From Candidatus Sulfomarinibacteraceae bacterium (GTDB taxonomy: Bacteria > Acidobacteriota > Thermoanaerobaculia > Thermoanaerobaculales > Sulfomarinibacteraceae), in contig CAWCLO010000001.1 of the NCBI GenBank assembly GCA_963796455.1, forward strand, positions 864,001 to 928,000: 64,000 bases of DNA, in the 5' to 3' direction. Positions 21,913 to 33,390 of the stretch are shown here, piece by piece (the stretch's first letter is position 1; each line of letters starts with the position of its first letter). The notes under the pieces are model-generated. The model was not told the DNA's origin. It worked only from the letters and a program-made list of their open reading frames with translations, and ran no database searches. A program made the translations under genes and the position numbers.

Positions 21913-23288
21913 AATCGCAGATCTTTCCCGTTGCTTCTGCTGCTGCCCTCTCTGACGCCGCGGCCGCGCCGGCTGCCGAGACCGCGTACGAAACGTCGCC
22001 CCGGGCTGCGACACTCGTTCATGAAAGGGGCGAAGTCGCCACCGGGAAGATTTACCGCATCCTGCTCGGTGACCTTCGAAAGCCAGTCCGAAGCCGATGG
22101 CGTCCTTGACGGATCTCGGGAAAGGGCTTCGCGGCCGTGCTCCACGCCGACGGCACCAGCTACCGGGTCGTACAGTCCGAAGGGCTCCCGACCCGGGAGG
22201 AAGCGGAGGATCTGAGGGCGGCGGCTCTCCGAGCCGGCTATTCGGTACCGCGCTGAGATCGAAACGGTCGGGCAGGATCTCACCAACCCCAAGGGGCCTT
22301 GGAGAATCCACGTGCTCGAGGCGGATCCGCAAAAATCCGGGTCGAAGTCGTGCACGCCTATGACGCCGCCATCGGGCTCGAGACCACCGCCGATCTGGCT
22401 GCACGGCACGACGCACTGGCGGCCATCAACGGCGGGTACTTTCGGATGACGGGGCTGCTCGCCGGCGACAGCCAGGGCACTCTCGGATCGACGGCAAACT
22501 GCTCTCCGAACCCGACCGGGGACGCGCGACGGTCGGCTTCTTCTCTGCGGATGGCGCCACACGATCGGTTTTCGGCCGGCTCTCCTTTCGCGGCGAGGTC
22601 CGGTTCGGTGACGGGAAAGACTCTGCCACTCGACGGGATCAACCGGTCGCGAAAGCGTCCGAAATCGTTCTTTTCACACCGGAGTTCCACCGCACAACCC
22701 TGACCTCTCCAGGGGGAGTCGAGATGATCGTGGAGAATGGGCGAATCACCGAGGTCCGGGACGGGGGCGGAAGCTCGGTGATACCCCCCGACGGCATGGT
22801 GCTGTCCATCGGCAGCGACCGAATTGAGCAGATCCGGCCGCAGGTGCGGCCTGGCGCGTCGGTGGCGGTCGACACGAAGCTCATCTCGTTGCTGCCCGAC
22901 CCCGAGGGCGAGTGGGAACGGGCCGAGGGCATCGTCAGCGCCGGGCCCCTGCTGCTGTGGAACGGAAAGCGGATCGAAGAACCGGAAAAGGAGTCGATCT
23001 CCAAGGTCTTCTGCCTCGCCCGGCATCCCCGCACCGCCGCGAGGGGTGCCGAGCTGACGGAACTCTGCTCTTTGTCACGGTGGATGGACGCCAGCCGCGA
23101 GACGAGTATCGGCATGTCGATCCCGGAGCTGACCGATCTCATGCTCGAGCTCGGGTGCGTCTCGGCCATGAACCTCGACGGCGGCGGCTCGACGACCATG
23201 GTGGTCAACGGGCAGATCGTGAACACCCGTCGGGCGTCACCGGCGCCGAAGCAATGCGGACGCGATTCTGCTGTTCCCGGCGTTATAA
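21909..23288 (+). CDS. Phosphodiester glycosidase (NAGPA family) with possible SPOR-like N-terminal region; multiple frameshifts
   Basis: Fragments AAINGGYF, SAGPLLL, RHPRTA, FVTVDGRQ, AMNLDGGGST, DAILLFPAL*. Confidence 0.85.
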
Positions 23289-23321
23289 GGCGGGGCAGGC
23301 CACACCACCTACACGATTTTT

Positions 23322-23350
23322 TGTAGGGGAGGCGCCTGTGCCGCCCTACA
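23322..23350. repeat. GTAG-type REP palindrome
   Basis: TGTAGGGGAGGCGCCTGTGCCGCCCTACA between convergent genes, preceded by an inverted related unit ending in CCTACA. Confidence 0.6.
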
Positions 23351-24387
23351 CCACCGCAGGCTCGAGCAGCTTGATCGTTCCTTCGTCGGCATCGATCTCG
23401 GCCTGGATGCCGAGCGGAACGGTGAAATTGTCCGCGATGTGGCCGATCATCGAGCCGTACCAGGCCGGGATGCCGAGCGGCCCGATATGGTCTTCCAGAA
23501 CCTCCAGGAGCGTCAAGGAACCGTACCTCTGCCGGGATCGCAGTTCGTGCAGCGACCGAAGACGAAGACCGGCCACATTTCCCAATACCCCGGCCAGTCC
23601 GAGCTGGGTGAGCATGCGGTCCACCCGGTAGATCTCCTCGCTCACGTCCTCGACAAAGAGGATCGGCCCTCGAAATCCGGCAGGTAGTCGGAACCCATCA
23701 TGGCGGTGAGCACCGTGAGATTGCCCCCCAACAAGCGGCCGCGCGCCTTCCCGCTGGTGATAGTGAGGACCCTGTTCTCCACCTGGACCAGGCGGTCGGC
23801 GGTACCCACCTTGTTCCGCATGGTGATGGCTTCCCCGTCGAAGAGCAACGCGCTTGGCATAGTCGGTGGTGAACTCATTCCAACTCGAGCCCCCGTCGGA
23901 CCGTGAAATGTCACCAGGCCGGTTTTCGCGTGGATCCCCAGCAACAATCCCGTGATATCACTCATACCCATGACGATCTTGGGGTTCTTCCGGATCAAAT
24001 CGTAGTCGAGATACGGCAGGAGCCGGTTGCAGCCCCAACCCCCCCCTGGCGCCAGAACGAGCTTCACCTCGGGATCCGCAAAGAAGGCGTTGATATCGGC
24101 GGCGCGGTCCTCATCCCGTCCGGCAAGATAGCCGTAACGATCCAACAGGTGATCACCGAAGCGGACCCGAAGCCCGAGGGCGGCCAGGTTCTCGCGGGCG
24201 ATCTCCGCCCGGTCGGGGAAAAAGGTGGCGCTGGCCGGGTTGATCAACCCGACGAGGTCGCCCTCCTTGAGACCTTCGGTTTGATCACCTTCTGTTCGCG
24301 GGTCGCCGAACCGGCGAGTGAAGGCAATGTTCCCGCCGCGATCGCGGCTCCTCCGAGCTGCAGCAAGTGGCGTCGGGTCCAGGTCAT
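23346..24387 (-). CDS. LD-carboxypeptidase (peptidase S66) with Tat-type signal; frameshifted
   Basis: MTWTRRHLLQLGG; GGWGCNRLLPYLDY, GMSDIT, TFHGP, GGNLTVL, YRVDRMLTQL, IGH. Confidence 0.9.
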
Positions 24388-24418
24388 CGATGAGCCTCCT
24401 CGTATCGTGTTCAACCGG

Positions 24419-27400
24419 TCAGTACAACAGTATGGTGCTCGCGTCACGGCGCCACGCTTCGTGGGCTGCCGCGTCCGGCCGCGAGGATCTCCTCGACGGT
24501 CATGACCTTGCCGGAGATCGTCGAGCAGTCTGGGGGTGCCGACGAGCCGCGTCAACGCAGCCCCTTCATTCCTCCACTCGAATTCCTCGTGGCCCTGAAG
24601 AGCCACGAGCAACTCCACCCCGAGCCGGTAGCTGTGGGCCCTGCCGGATCGGTGACCCGAACCCGCATGCCGCGGCATTCTCGTCGAGGAACTTGGGGTT
24701 CGGTGCGGCCGGGGAGGTGACGGAGTGAATGTGACCGCTTCGAGTTCGAAGCCGGCCACCTCAACATCGAGGTCCTTCGGATCGAATCCAGGGGGCACCG
24801 AAATAGAGAAACGGGATCGTCAGTTCCGCGGCCCGCGGAGACCGTTGTGGCCTCCAACAGCGCGACCCCCGGATAGGCGATGGCGGCGTCTGGGCTGCGG
24901 AGATTTGGAGACGGCGGAACCCAGGTGCGGAGGGTGTCCTTCCAGGTCATGCTCCGTTCCCAGCCCTTCATCGATGACCACCTTCAGCGGCGCCGGTTTT
25001 TGCAGACCCTGATTGACGAACGGGCCATCTCGCCCAGGGTCAGTCCGTGCACCAGCGGCCCCGGGGCCAGGTTGACGAAGCTCGCCGGAACTACATCGCG
25101 AGGCGCGCTGACAGGGCCCTTCGATGCGATCTCCACCGAGAGGGTTTGGGCGATCGAGCACCACGAACTCCAAGCCTGCCTCGGCGGCCGCTTCGATCGC
25201 GAGAATCATGGTGCTCACGTAGGTGTAGAACCGCACTCCGGCACCCTGGAGATCGAAGACCAGGGCATCGAGACCCTCGAGGTCCTCCGGCGTAGGCTTT
25301 CGGTGGTCGCCATAGAGGCTGATCACCGGCAACCCGCTCTCCGGGTCCATGCCGCTGGCAACTTTTTCACCCGCCGCCGCCCGGCTTCGCAGACCGTGTT
25401 CCGGGGTCAGCAGACCGCACCACATCGAGGTCGGCTTCGCGCAGCGCATCGATGGCGTGGCGGCCGTCGGCCGCCACCGATGCGGCGTGGACGATCAGAC
25501 CGAGGCGTTTGCCACCAAGCCCGTGGTCCTCGCCGGCGGCCACGCGATCGAGACCCATCCGGACGACTCCATCATCGTACGAGGGCCGGACCACAGCATC
25601 CGCGACCGCCGGCCTGGCCTTGCGGATGAGCTGGTTCTCCCGCGTCGGGTGCACCCGGTTGGTCAGCAGAATGAGAAAGAGCTCACGATCCGGGTCGATC
25701 CAGATGGAGGTGCCGGTGAATCCGGTGTGGCCGAAGGAACGGGGCGAAAAGAACGAACCGGCCGAGACTTTTCTGCGGCGATTTGGTGTCCCAACCCAGG
25801 GCCCGCATCGAGTCGTCTTCGCCGGCCCGGCGGGTGAAGAGCTCCACCGTTTCTCTGGAGACGATGCGATGGTGTTCGAGCACGCCGCCGTTGACCAGCA
25901 TCTGGGCAAAAACGTGCAAGATCGCCGGCAGTTGAAAAGAGCCCGGCGTGGGGTGCGATCCCACCGAGGGCAAAGGCGTTCTCGTCGTGGACCTCACCGC
26001 GGACCAGCCGGCCCCGCCAGTCGTCGAACTCGGTGGGGGCGATTCGCGGCAGGAGATCCTCTGCCCGGGACGATAGTGCGTGTTGGTCATGGTCCAGGGG
26101 CTCGAAAACCCTCTGCGCACGAACTGTCCAGCGGCTGTCCGGCGACCCGGGAGAGGATTTCGCCGAGCAGGATGATGCCGAGGTCGCTGTACTTGTAGTC
26201 GGTCCCCGGCTCGTAGACCAGCTCCATGGCCTGGATGCGCTCGCAGGTACTCCTCAGGGCCCTCGGTGTCTTCATACAGCGGCGCCCACCAGTCGATACC
26301 GGAACGGTGGGTGAGCAGATGGCGGACCGTGATCCGATCCTTGCCCGGGCCCTGGAAGAGCGGCAGGAAGTCCTGCACCTTCTCGTCGAGATCGAGGCGC
26401 CCTTCGTCGACCAGGATCATCGCCATGGTGGTCGTGGCGACAACCTTGGTCAGACTGGCCAGGTCGTAGATCGTGTCTGCCTCGACCGCCGGCGCATCGT
26501 CGTCGTAGGAGAGCCGCCCGAAGGGTTGGAGGTGCACCAGATTTTCCACGGTGCCCGACGGCCACGACGCCGCCGGGGAAGGCGCCCTGCTCGACGAACT
26601 CGTCGAGCACGCGGTCCAACTGCCTCCATACCCTCCGGCACGAAAACCGGCATCCTCAGGTTCGGCGATCTGCAGGGTCATGGCGCGCCGCGGGATCTCG
26701 AGGCCACCGCCGACGACAGCGTATTCCTCCGAGAGAGTCACCGGCAGTTTGCCCACGACATCGATCTCGCCGAAGAGCGCTGCGGCCGCGGCGCTGCGGC
26801 TCGGACTCGAGGCCCCGAAGGCGCAGAGGTAGGCGGACACCTCGGGCAGGTCGCGGAAGCAGATAGGGATCGCCGAAAGAGGCCACGATAACCGGTACGT
26901 CGGTTTCCCCAAGCCGCTCCAGGAGCCGAACCAGGCTGTCGGAGATTCTCTCTCGATAGTAAGAGGTCGAGACCAGGACATGGGTGAAATCTCCGCGTCT
27001 TCGAGAATCTCGTCGCGCTGTCTCTTCTGGTCGACTTCGTCGTCCCAGGGAGATCGGTCTCGACCGTCGATCCGCCGGGTTCTGAATTCAGCCGCCGGAA
27101 AACCGATTCCATCCGGCATCGCGAGATGCAGAATCCGGACGGGTTCTTCGGCCGCAAGCGGCAGCACGCCGCCGTCGTTGCTGACAACGGTGATCGAGGC
27201 CTTCGCGATAGCCGACGCCCGGGCCACATCCTCCGGCCGGGCAACGGCCAGGGCCCCGGCCGCTGGGTCGACCAAACGGTTTTCGTGCAGCCCCAAGCCG
27301 GCTTTGGCCTCCAGGATCCGCCGTACCGAACGATCGATGCGCTGCCATCGAGAAGTGCCCTCCTCGACACCGCGGATGAGCGATTGCAGGGCCACCCTTT

Positions 27401-28432
27401 GGTCCGGAGGCATCAGAATCACATCAGCGCCCGCAAGAACGGCATCCACGGTGGCCTCTCCGATCCACGCGGATCCGACGCCCTCCATATCCATCGCGTC
27501 GGTCACGATCAGACCCTCAAAACCCATTTCGTCGCGGAGGATTTCAAAATTGAGGGATGGAGACAGGGTTGCGGGTCGGCCCGAGGGATCGAGGGCCGGC
27601 ACCGCCACGTGACCCACCATGATCGAGTCCACGCCCGCCGCGATGGCGTCTTCAGAACGGCGGCCACTCCACCGTCTCCAGGTGTTCGCGATCGACGTTG
27701 ATGACCGGAAGATCCAGGTGGCTGTCAACGGCAGTGTCGCCGTGCCCGGGAAAATGTTTGGCCGTTGTCAGCATGCCACCACTGTGGGCGCCATGGATGA
27801 ACGCCGCTCCCGAGACGGCCGACCAGCTCCGGATCTTCGCCGAATGACCGAATGTTGATCACCGGGTTGTCCGGGTTGTTGTTGACATCGACAACCGGAG
27901 CGAAGGCCCAGTGGATCCCGAGAGCCCGCCCCTCGCGCGCCGTCAGCTCGCCGAGGAATCGGGCCGCATCCTCGGAGCCCGTCGCACCAACCGCCATCGC
28001 CCAGGGGAAATCGACGGTTCCCCTGCGGATACGGAATGCCAGGCTGCGCTCCAGGTCCATGGCCACCAGCAACGGGATCCGGGCCTCGCTTTGGAGCCCG
28101 TTGAGCAGGCCGGTGATGGTCCCTTCCTCCGACCGCAGCAGGACCAGGCCCCCGACACCCTTGTCCCGAACTGCCTCGACCAGATCCCGAGCGCCTCCAG
28201 ACTGCGGGTTCCGAGGGTAGCCGGTGGCCGCAACCATGATCATCTGGGCCGCCTTCTCCTCCAGGCTCATCTGCTGCAACGTGGTGCTCACCCACTTTTT
28301 TTGCGACTTCGACAGCTCCGACCCGTGGGCAAGCTGCCATTGGCCCGAGGCGCAGGAGAGGATGGCCACAAGAACCGGCACCACGAACCGCCTCTCGAGA
28401 AAGGACCGGATTGAGTACGAATGACGGATCAT
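24419..28432 (-). CDS. Apparent fusion: GH3 beta-N-acetylglucosaminidase + beta-lactamase-family serine hydrolase + DUF1343 (NamZ-like); many frameshifts
   Basis: GH3: [42 protein letters not shown]. Serine hydrolase: [32 protein letters not shown]1343: [38 protein letters not shown], ..PYLLY*. Confidence 0.8.
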
Positions 28433-30099
28433 CGTGATTCACCCCTGACATCGACGCCGTTGATGAAGACTCCAACGAGGCGGGCGTTCTCGATCTCGAC
28501 TCGACCGTCGATCGCCGGAGAAAGGAGCAAAAAAGATGCTGGACTGGCGCGGCGCAACACCGGTCGGCCGGTTCCCGCACCGGAAACCCAGCAGAGCCGG
28601 TCAAGGATCATCGAGTCTTCGCCGGCCAATCCGTCCCTGGTGCCGGCCAGCGCCTCGACCACGTCCGGAAGGGAATCCGACCGCGGCGCGGAAGGAGGAC
28701 CGACCAACCGCAACCACGGCATCTCGCTCTCCTTCGATACGATTTCGACCCTGGCGCGGCCTGCAGCTGCGAAACCATCGGCCAGGGTCTGCGCGTCACC
28801 CGTCTTTCGCTGCGGAACCTTCCAGTAAACCGTACCGACGCCCAAGCGGGCGAGCTTCGAAAGCACTTCGGCGCTCAGCCATCGACGGGCCTTCCAACCC
28901 TCGACCCCGGCCGCAAAGGGAACCGTAACCACACTTCCACCGGCGTCCACGGTCCGGCCGGCTCCGAGCAATCGCGCATCGCCCACCTCGGCGATATAGC
29001 TTCGTGGGTCACGGCCGGTGCCGCATCCGGCAAGATCACGATCGTCCACATCGATGTTGAATGCCAGATCAGCACGATAGGACGGGGTGTTCCGCGGCTG
29101 TTGAATCGAGCCGCCGAGCACCACGACGTCGGCCCAGGCATCGCGACGATTGCGAAGGAGATTCTCATAAACCTCGGGGCCGTGGTCCTCGAGATCGTTT
29201 CGCACGAGTTCCTGCAGCACCGTCAGAATGGCGACGAAGTTGAGGCGGGTCAGATCCTGGAGATCCCTGCCAGGGGGGAGACCACCACTTTCGATGAGCA
29301 CCACCGGTGTGCCCCACGCGGTGATGTTGTCGCCGAAGGCGCGGGGATTCCAGTCCTCGTCGAAGCGAGCCACGCCGCCGGGCATGAAGGACGTCAGGGT
29401 CTCGACGATGGCCGAACAGGCACGCTTGGCGAGCAAGCGCCCGGGGGTGACAGTGCCTTCCGCATCACCCGACACGGCCAGCACCGAGTTGGTCGCCAGA
29501 ACACCGGTGTCCCCCACTGCCGTCCTCGGGTTCTGATCGTGCAGATTGAAACCGAGCATGGGCTCAAATTTGTCGCGGACCATTTTCAGGATGCGACCTT
29601 CCGGAGTCGAGAGATGAAGGGCATCCCGATTGATGTCGATGGCTTGCAGATTTCGGCGCTGATAGATCTCCGCCCCGTCAGGGTTGAGCATCGGGATCAT
29701 GACGAGGGTGAGGTCGTCGAGAATTGCAGCCGCCTGCGGTTCATCGGCACGGGAGAGCAGAAAATCGGCAATATCGAGCAGGGCGGGGGTGGCGGAGGGC
29801 TCGTCGCCGTGCATCTGCGACCAGAGCAGGACCGTCCGCGGTCCGTGACCGAAGGTGAACATGTGGATAGGACGACCCGCTATGGATTGTCCGATTTCTT
29901 CAAGTTTCATTTTTCCGAGATACCGGGCCGCGAGCCGCTGCAACTCGGCCGTCAACTCGGCGGGCCGCAGGCACGGTGCAGGGGTCTCCACAAAGCGCTC
30001 TTCGGGCCAAATCTGCCAGAGATGATCGGGCGTGATGAGGGGCTGGTTCGATTGCAGGGCGAGGGTGAGAAGCACGGTGAGAATGCGCATGAGAGTCAT
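28429..30099 (-). CDS. Secreted M14-family zinc carboxypeptidase
   Basis: MHGDEPS (HxxE), PMLNPDG, RRN..DINRD, NLHDQ, LIESG. Confidence 0.9.
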   Translation of the reverse strand: MTLMRILTVLLTLALQSNQPLITPDHLWQIWPEERFVETPAPCLRPAELTAELQRLAARYLGKMKLEEIGQSIAGRPIHMFTFGHGPRTVLLWSQMHGDEPSATPALLDIADFLLSRADEPQAAAILDDLTLVMIPMLNPDGAEIYQRRNLQAIDINRDALHLSTPEGRILKMVRDKFEPMLGFNLHDQNPRTAVGDTGVLATNSVLAVSGDAEGTVTPGRLLAKRACSAIVETLTSFMPGGVARFDEDWNPRAFGDNITAWGTPVVLIESGGLPPGRDLQDLTRLNFVAILTVLQELVRNDLEDHGPEVYENLLRNRRDAWADVVVLGGSIQQPRNTPSYRADLAFNIDVDDRDLAGCGTGRDPRSYIAEVGDARLLGAGRTVDAGGSVVTVPFAAGVEGWKARRWLSAEVLSKLARLGVGTVYWKVPQRKTGDAQTLADGFAAAGRARVEIVSKESEMPWLRLVGPPSAPRSDSLPDVVEALAGTRDGLAGEDSMILDRLCWVSGAGTGRPVLRRASPASFLLLSPAIDGRVEIENARLVGVFINGVDVRGESR

Positions 30100-30128
30100 T
30101 GTAATCGGTCACGTCGTGAGGCAGAGTT

Positions 30129-30154
30129 TTGAGGTTTGAGGTTTGAGGTTTGAG
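30129..30154. repeat. Heptamer tandem repeat (TTGAGGT)n
   Basis: About 3.5 units in the divergent intergenic region. Confidence 0.85.
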
Positions 30155-30264
30155 TTGTCCTCCGCCCGCCCGGTCGGTTCGCGGATGTGTGCGGGAACTC
30201 ATAACTGATATCGCGTATACTCCCGTGCTTGAGGCCGTAATCAATCGGGGAAGGGACCCAAAAA

Positions 30265-31713
30265 ATGCGCTGGAAGCCCATTTTCGTCGTCGCTCTGCTA
30301 CTCGCGTTGAATCCGCTTTTTGCTGGAACCGATTTGACGCTGCAGGAAAATCCCGAAATCGCCGACGCCATCAACGTCTTTGATCGATGGGTCGAGCAGC
30401 ACATCAGCAACCGCAATGTGCCGGGACTCTCCATTGCGGTGGTCTACGACCAGGAGATCGTGTGGTCGAAGGGATACGGCTATCGCAATCTGGCGGAGAG
30501 GGACCCCGCGACACCATCCACCGTCTATCGGATCGGCTCGATCACCAAGCTCTTCACCTCCACCGCGATCATGCAACTTCGGGATGCGGGCAAGCTCCGG
30601 CTCGACGACCCGGTGTCGCTCCACCTGCCGTGGTTTGAGGTGCGCAACCCGTTTCCTGATGCGCCGGACATCACCATCCGCCAACTGCTCACACACACCT
30701 CCGGTCTGTCCCGGGAAGCCGACTTCCCCTACTGGACCGACCACGTTTTTCCGACCCGGAAAGAGCTGGCGGAATCGATTCCGGTGCAGGACGTCATCGA
30801 CCCTCCTGAGACCACCTACCACTACTCCAATCTCGGGATGTCTCTGCTCGGAGAGATCGTCACCGAGGTGTCCGGCCGACCTTGGACGGACTACGTTCAA
30901 GAAATGATTCTGAATCCTCTCGGAATGAAGAACTCGAGCACCGCTCCCGACCAGAATCTCCAGCGGCGCATGGCGGCGGCCTACATGCTGCAAGACGCCG
31001 ACGGCACCCGCAAGGTCATGGAGTACTACGACGCCGGCGCCATTGCTCCGGCAGGCGGCATCGTCTCCACGGTGGAGGACCTGGGACGTTTTGCTTCGCT
31101 GCAGTTTCGCGACGGTCCCTCGGGAGGCGAGCAAATCCTCAAAGGCAGCACCCTGCGTGAGATGCACCGGGTTCACTGGGTCTACGACAGTTTTTCCGGC
31201 GGCCGGGGTCTGGGTTTCGCCGTCACCCGCCGCGACGAAAAGACATTCGTGGGCCACGGCGGCTCCATTGGAGCGCACGTCACCAACCTCCTTACAGTGC
31301 CTGACGAGCAGATCGCCGTGATCGTCGCCATCAACGCCGACAACGGCAGCCCCTACACCGTCGCCCGGCAGGCCTACTCGATATTTTCGACGCCGATCCT
31401 GAATGCGACCAGAAAAACCGCGCCTCCGAAGCCGGAGGAGGACCCCGCATGGCAGCGCTACATAGGTCTCTATCAGGACCCGTGGGGGTGGGAGTACGAG
31501 GTCATGATCCTGGGCGGAGAGCTGGTCATCTACGGCTACGACTACCCGCCCTGGGACAACGCCTCCACCGGCTACAGTCGGCTCACACCGGTTGAAGGCA
31601 CGACCTTCCTTCGACCGAACAAGGAACTGGTGACCTTCGAGCTCGACGACAAGGGCGTCGTGGTTCGCATCAAGAGGAACAACAACTACCTCTTCCCGAA
31701 AGAGAACAACTGA
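30265..31713 (+). CDS. Secreted serine hydrolase, beta-lactamase family
   Basis: Signal peptide; IGSITK, LLTHTSGL, YSN, GHGG. Confidence 0.92.
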   Translation: MRWKPIFVVALLLALNPLFAGTDLTLQENPEIADAINVFDRWVEQHISNRNVPGLSIAVVYDQEIVWSKGYGYRNLAERDPATPSTVYRIGSITKLFTSTAIMQLRDAGKLRLDDPVSLHLPWFEVRNPFPDAPDITIRQLLTHTSGLSREADFPYWTDHVFPTRKELAESIPVQDVIDPPETTYHYSNLGMSLLGEIVTEVSGRPWTDYVQEMILNPLGMKNSSTAPDQNLQRRMAAAYMLQDADGTRKVMEYYDAGAIAPAGGIVSTVEDLGRFASLQFRDGPSGGEQILKGSTLREMHRVHWVYDSFSGGRGLGFAVTRRDEKTFVGHGGSIGAHVTNLLTVPDEQIAVIVAINADNGSPYTVARQAYSIFSTPILNATRKTAPPKPEEDPAWQRYIGLYQDPWGWEYEVMILGGELVIYGYDYPPWDNASTGYSRLTPVEGTTFLRPNKELVTFELDDKGVVVRIKRNNNYLFPKENN

Positions 31714-31727
31714 GAACAAGGAACACG

Positions 31728-33104
31728 ATGAACCAACCTCTGGATGCCTTCACCTATCGCGCCGGCGTGCTCCACGCCGGCGACGTTCCCGTCAACGAGA
31801 TCGCCGACACGGTCGGTACCCCGACCTTTGTCTACTCCGCCGACGCGATCCGTTCGAACTACAACAGGATCGAACGGGCGTTTGCACCGGTCGGTGCCCA
31901 CCTCCACTACGCCGTCAAGGCCTCTTCCAATTTGCACATACTGCGGCTGCTCCACGAGCAGGGCGCCGGGATGGACGTGGTCTCGGGCGGCGAGTTGGAA
32001 CGAGCGTGGTTGGCCGGAACACCCATGCAGGACATCGTTTTCGCCGGTGTCGGCAAGACCGAGGCCGAGCAGCGTGCAGCGCTTGACGGACGGTGGAGCC
32101 CCCTCCTCGACGATGCCGAGCTTCTTGGCGCCCGAGACATCGAATCCCGCGGACCCGTCGGCCTCTTCAACGTGGAGTCGGAAAGCGAGCTCGAGGTCCT
32201 CGCCCGGGTCGCGGCCGATCTCGGGACCGTCGCCCGCGCCTGTCTCCGAGTCAACCCCGATGTGGACGCCAGAACCCACGAGTACACGACCACCGGGTTG
32301 GAAGAGAACAAGTTCGGTGTCGGGTGGAAGCGCGTACCGGAGATCTTCGGGGCATTCCGAGATGTGGCATCTGTCGACTTGGTCGGATTGCACGTGCACA
32401 TCGGCTCGCCGGTGCGAGAAATCGAGCCCTACGAATCGGCTGTCAAGGTCCTCCTGCGCTTGATGGACACCCTCGCAGAGGAAGGCCATGAGATCTCCAT
32501 CCTCGATCTGGGCGGCGGTTGGCCGATGAGCTACACGAATGGTGAATCACCGGATATCGAGGTTTTTGCCGAGGCCCTGATCCCCCTGCTCGAGGATCGG
32601 ACAAAAAATGGTCTGCAAATCGTCCTCGAACCGGGTCGTTCGATTCTCGCCAATTCCGGGGTATTGCTAACCCGCGTCCAGCACGTCAAAAAAGGCCGCG
32701 AAAAGACATTTGTCATCTGCGATGCCGGCATGCACACCCTGATCCGGCCCGCCTTCTACCGCGCCTTCCATTTTGCATGGCCCGCGCAGGTCGAGGCCCG
32801 GCACGTGCCTCCGGCGGCCGCCGAAAACATCGATCTCCCGGGGCTCGTCCCGAGCGACATCGTCGGTCCGATCTGCGAGACCGGCGACTTCCTCGCCCGC
32901 GGGCGCGACCTTCCTCCGGTGCAACGAGGCGACTTGATCGCCGTGTTCTCGGCCGGCGCCTACGGCATGTCCATGAGCTCGAACTACAACGACCATGGAC
33001 GATCGGCCGAGGTCCTGGTTGACGGCACGAGGGCGGTGGTGATCAACGAACGGCAGAAGCTCAGCACCCTCCTCGAAACGGAGATGGCACCTCGGGAGCT
33101 GTAA
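31728..33104 (+). CDS. lysA: Diaminopimelate decarboxylase
   Basis: YAVKA, DVVSGGEL, HIGS, DLGGG, EPGRS, GPICETGD, GAYGMSMSSNYN. Confidence 0.95.
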   Translation: MNQPLDAFTYRAGVLHAGDVPVNEIADTVGTPTFVYSADAIRSNYNRIERAFAPVGAHLHYAVKASSNLHILRLLHEQGAGMDVVSGGELERAWLAGTPMQDIVFAGVGKTEAEQRAALDGRWSPLLDDAELLGARDIESRGPVGLFNVESESELEVLARVAADLGTVARACLRVNPDVDARTHEYTTTGLEENKFGVGWKRVPEIFGAFRDVASVDLVGLHVHIGSPVREIEPYESAVKVLLRLMDTLAEEGHEISILDLGGGWPMSYTNGESPDIEVFAEALIPLLEDRTKNGLQIVLEPGRSILANSGVLLTRVQHVKKGREKTFVICDAGMHTLIRPAFYRAFHFAWPAQVEARHVPPAAAENIDLPGLVPSDIVGPICETGDFLARGRDLPPVQRGDLIAVFSAGAYGMSMSSNYNDHGRSAEVLVDGTRAVVINERQKLSTLLETEMAPREL

Positions 33105-33113
33105 GAAGGTTTC

Positions 33114-33350
<237 letters not shown>

Positions 33351-33390
33351 CGCGCCGACGGGCGCGCAAGCTCCATGATATCTTCGCGCC

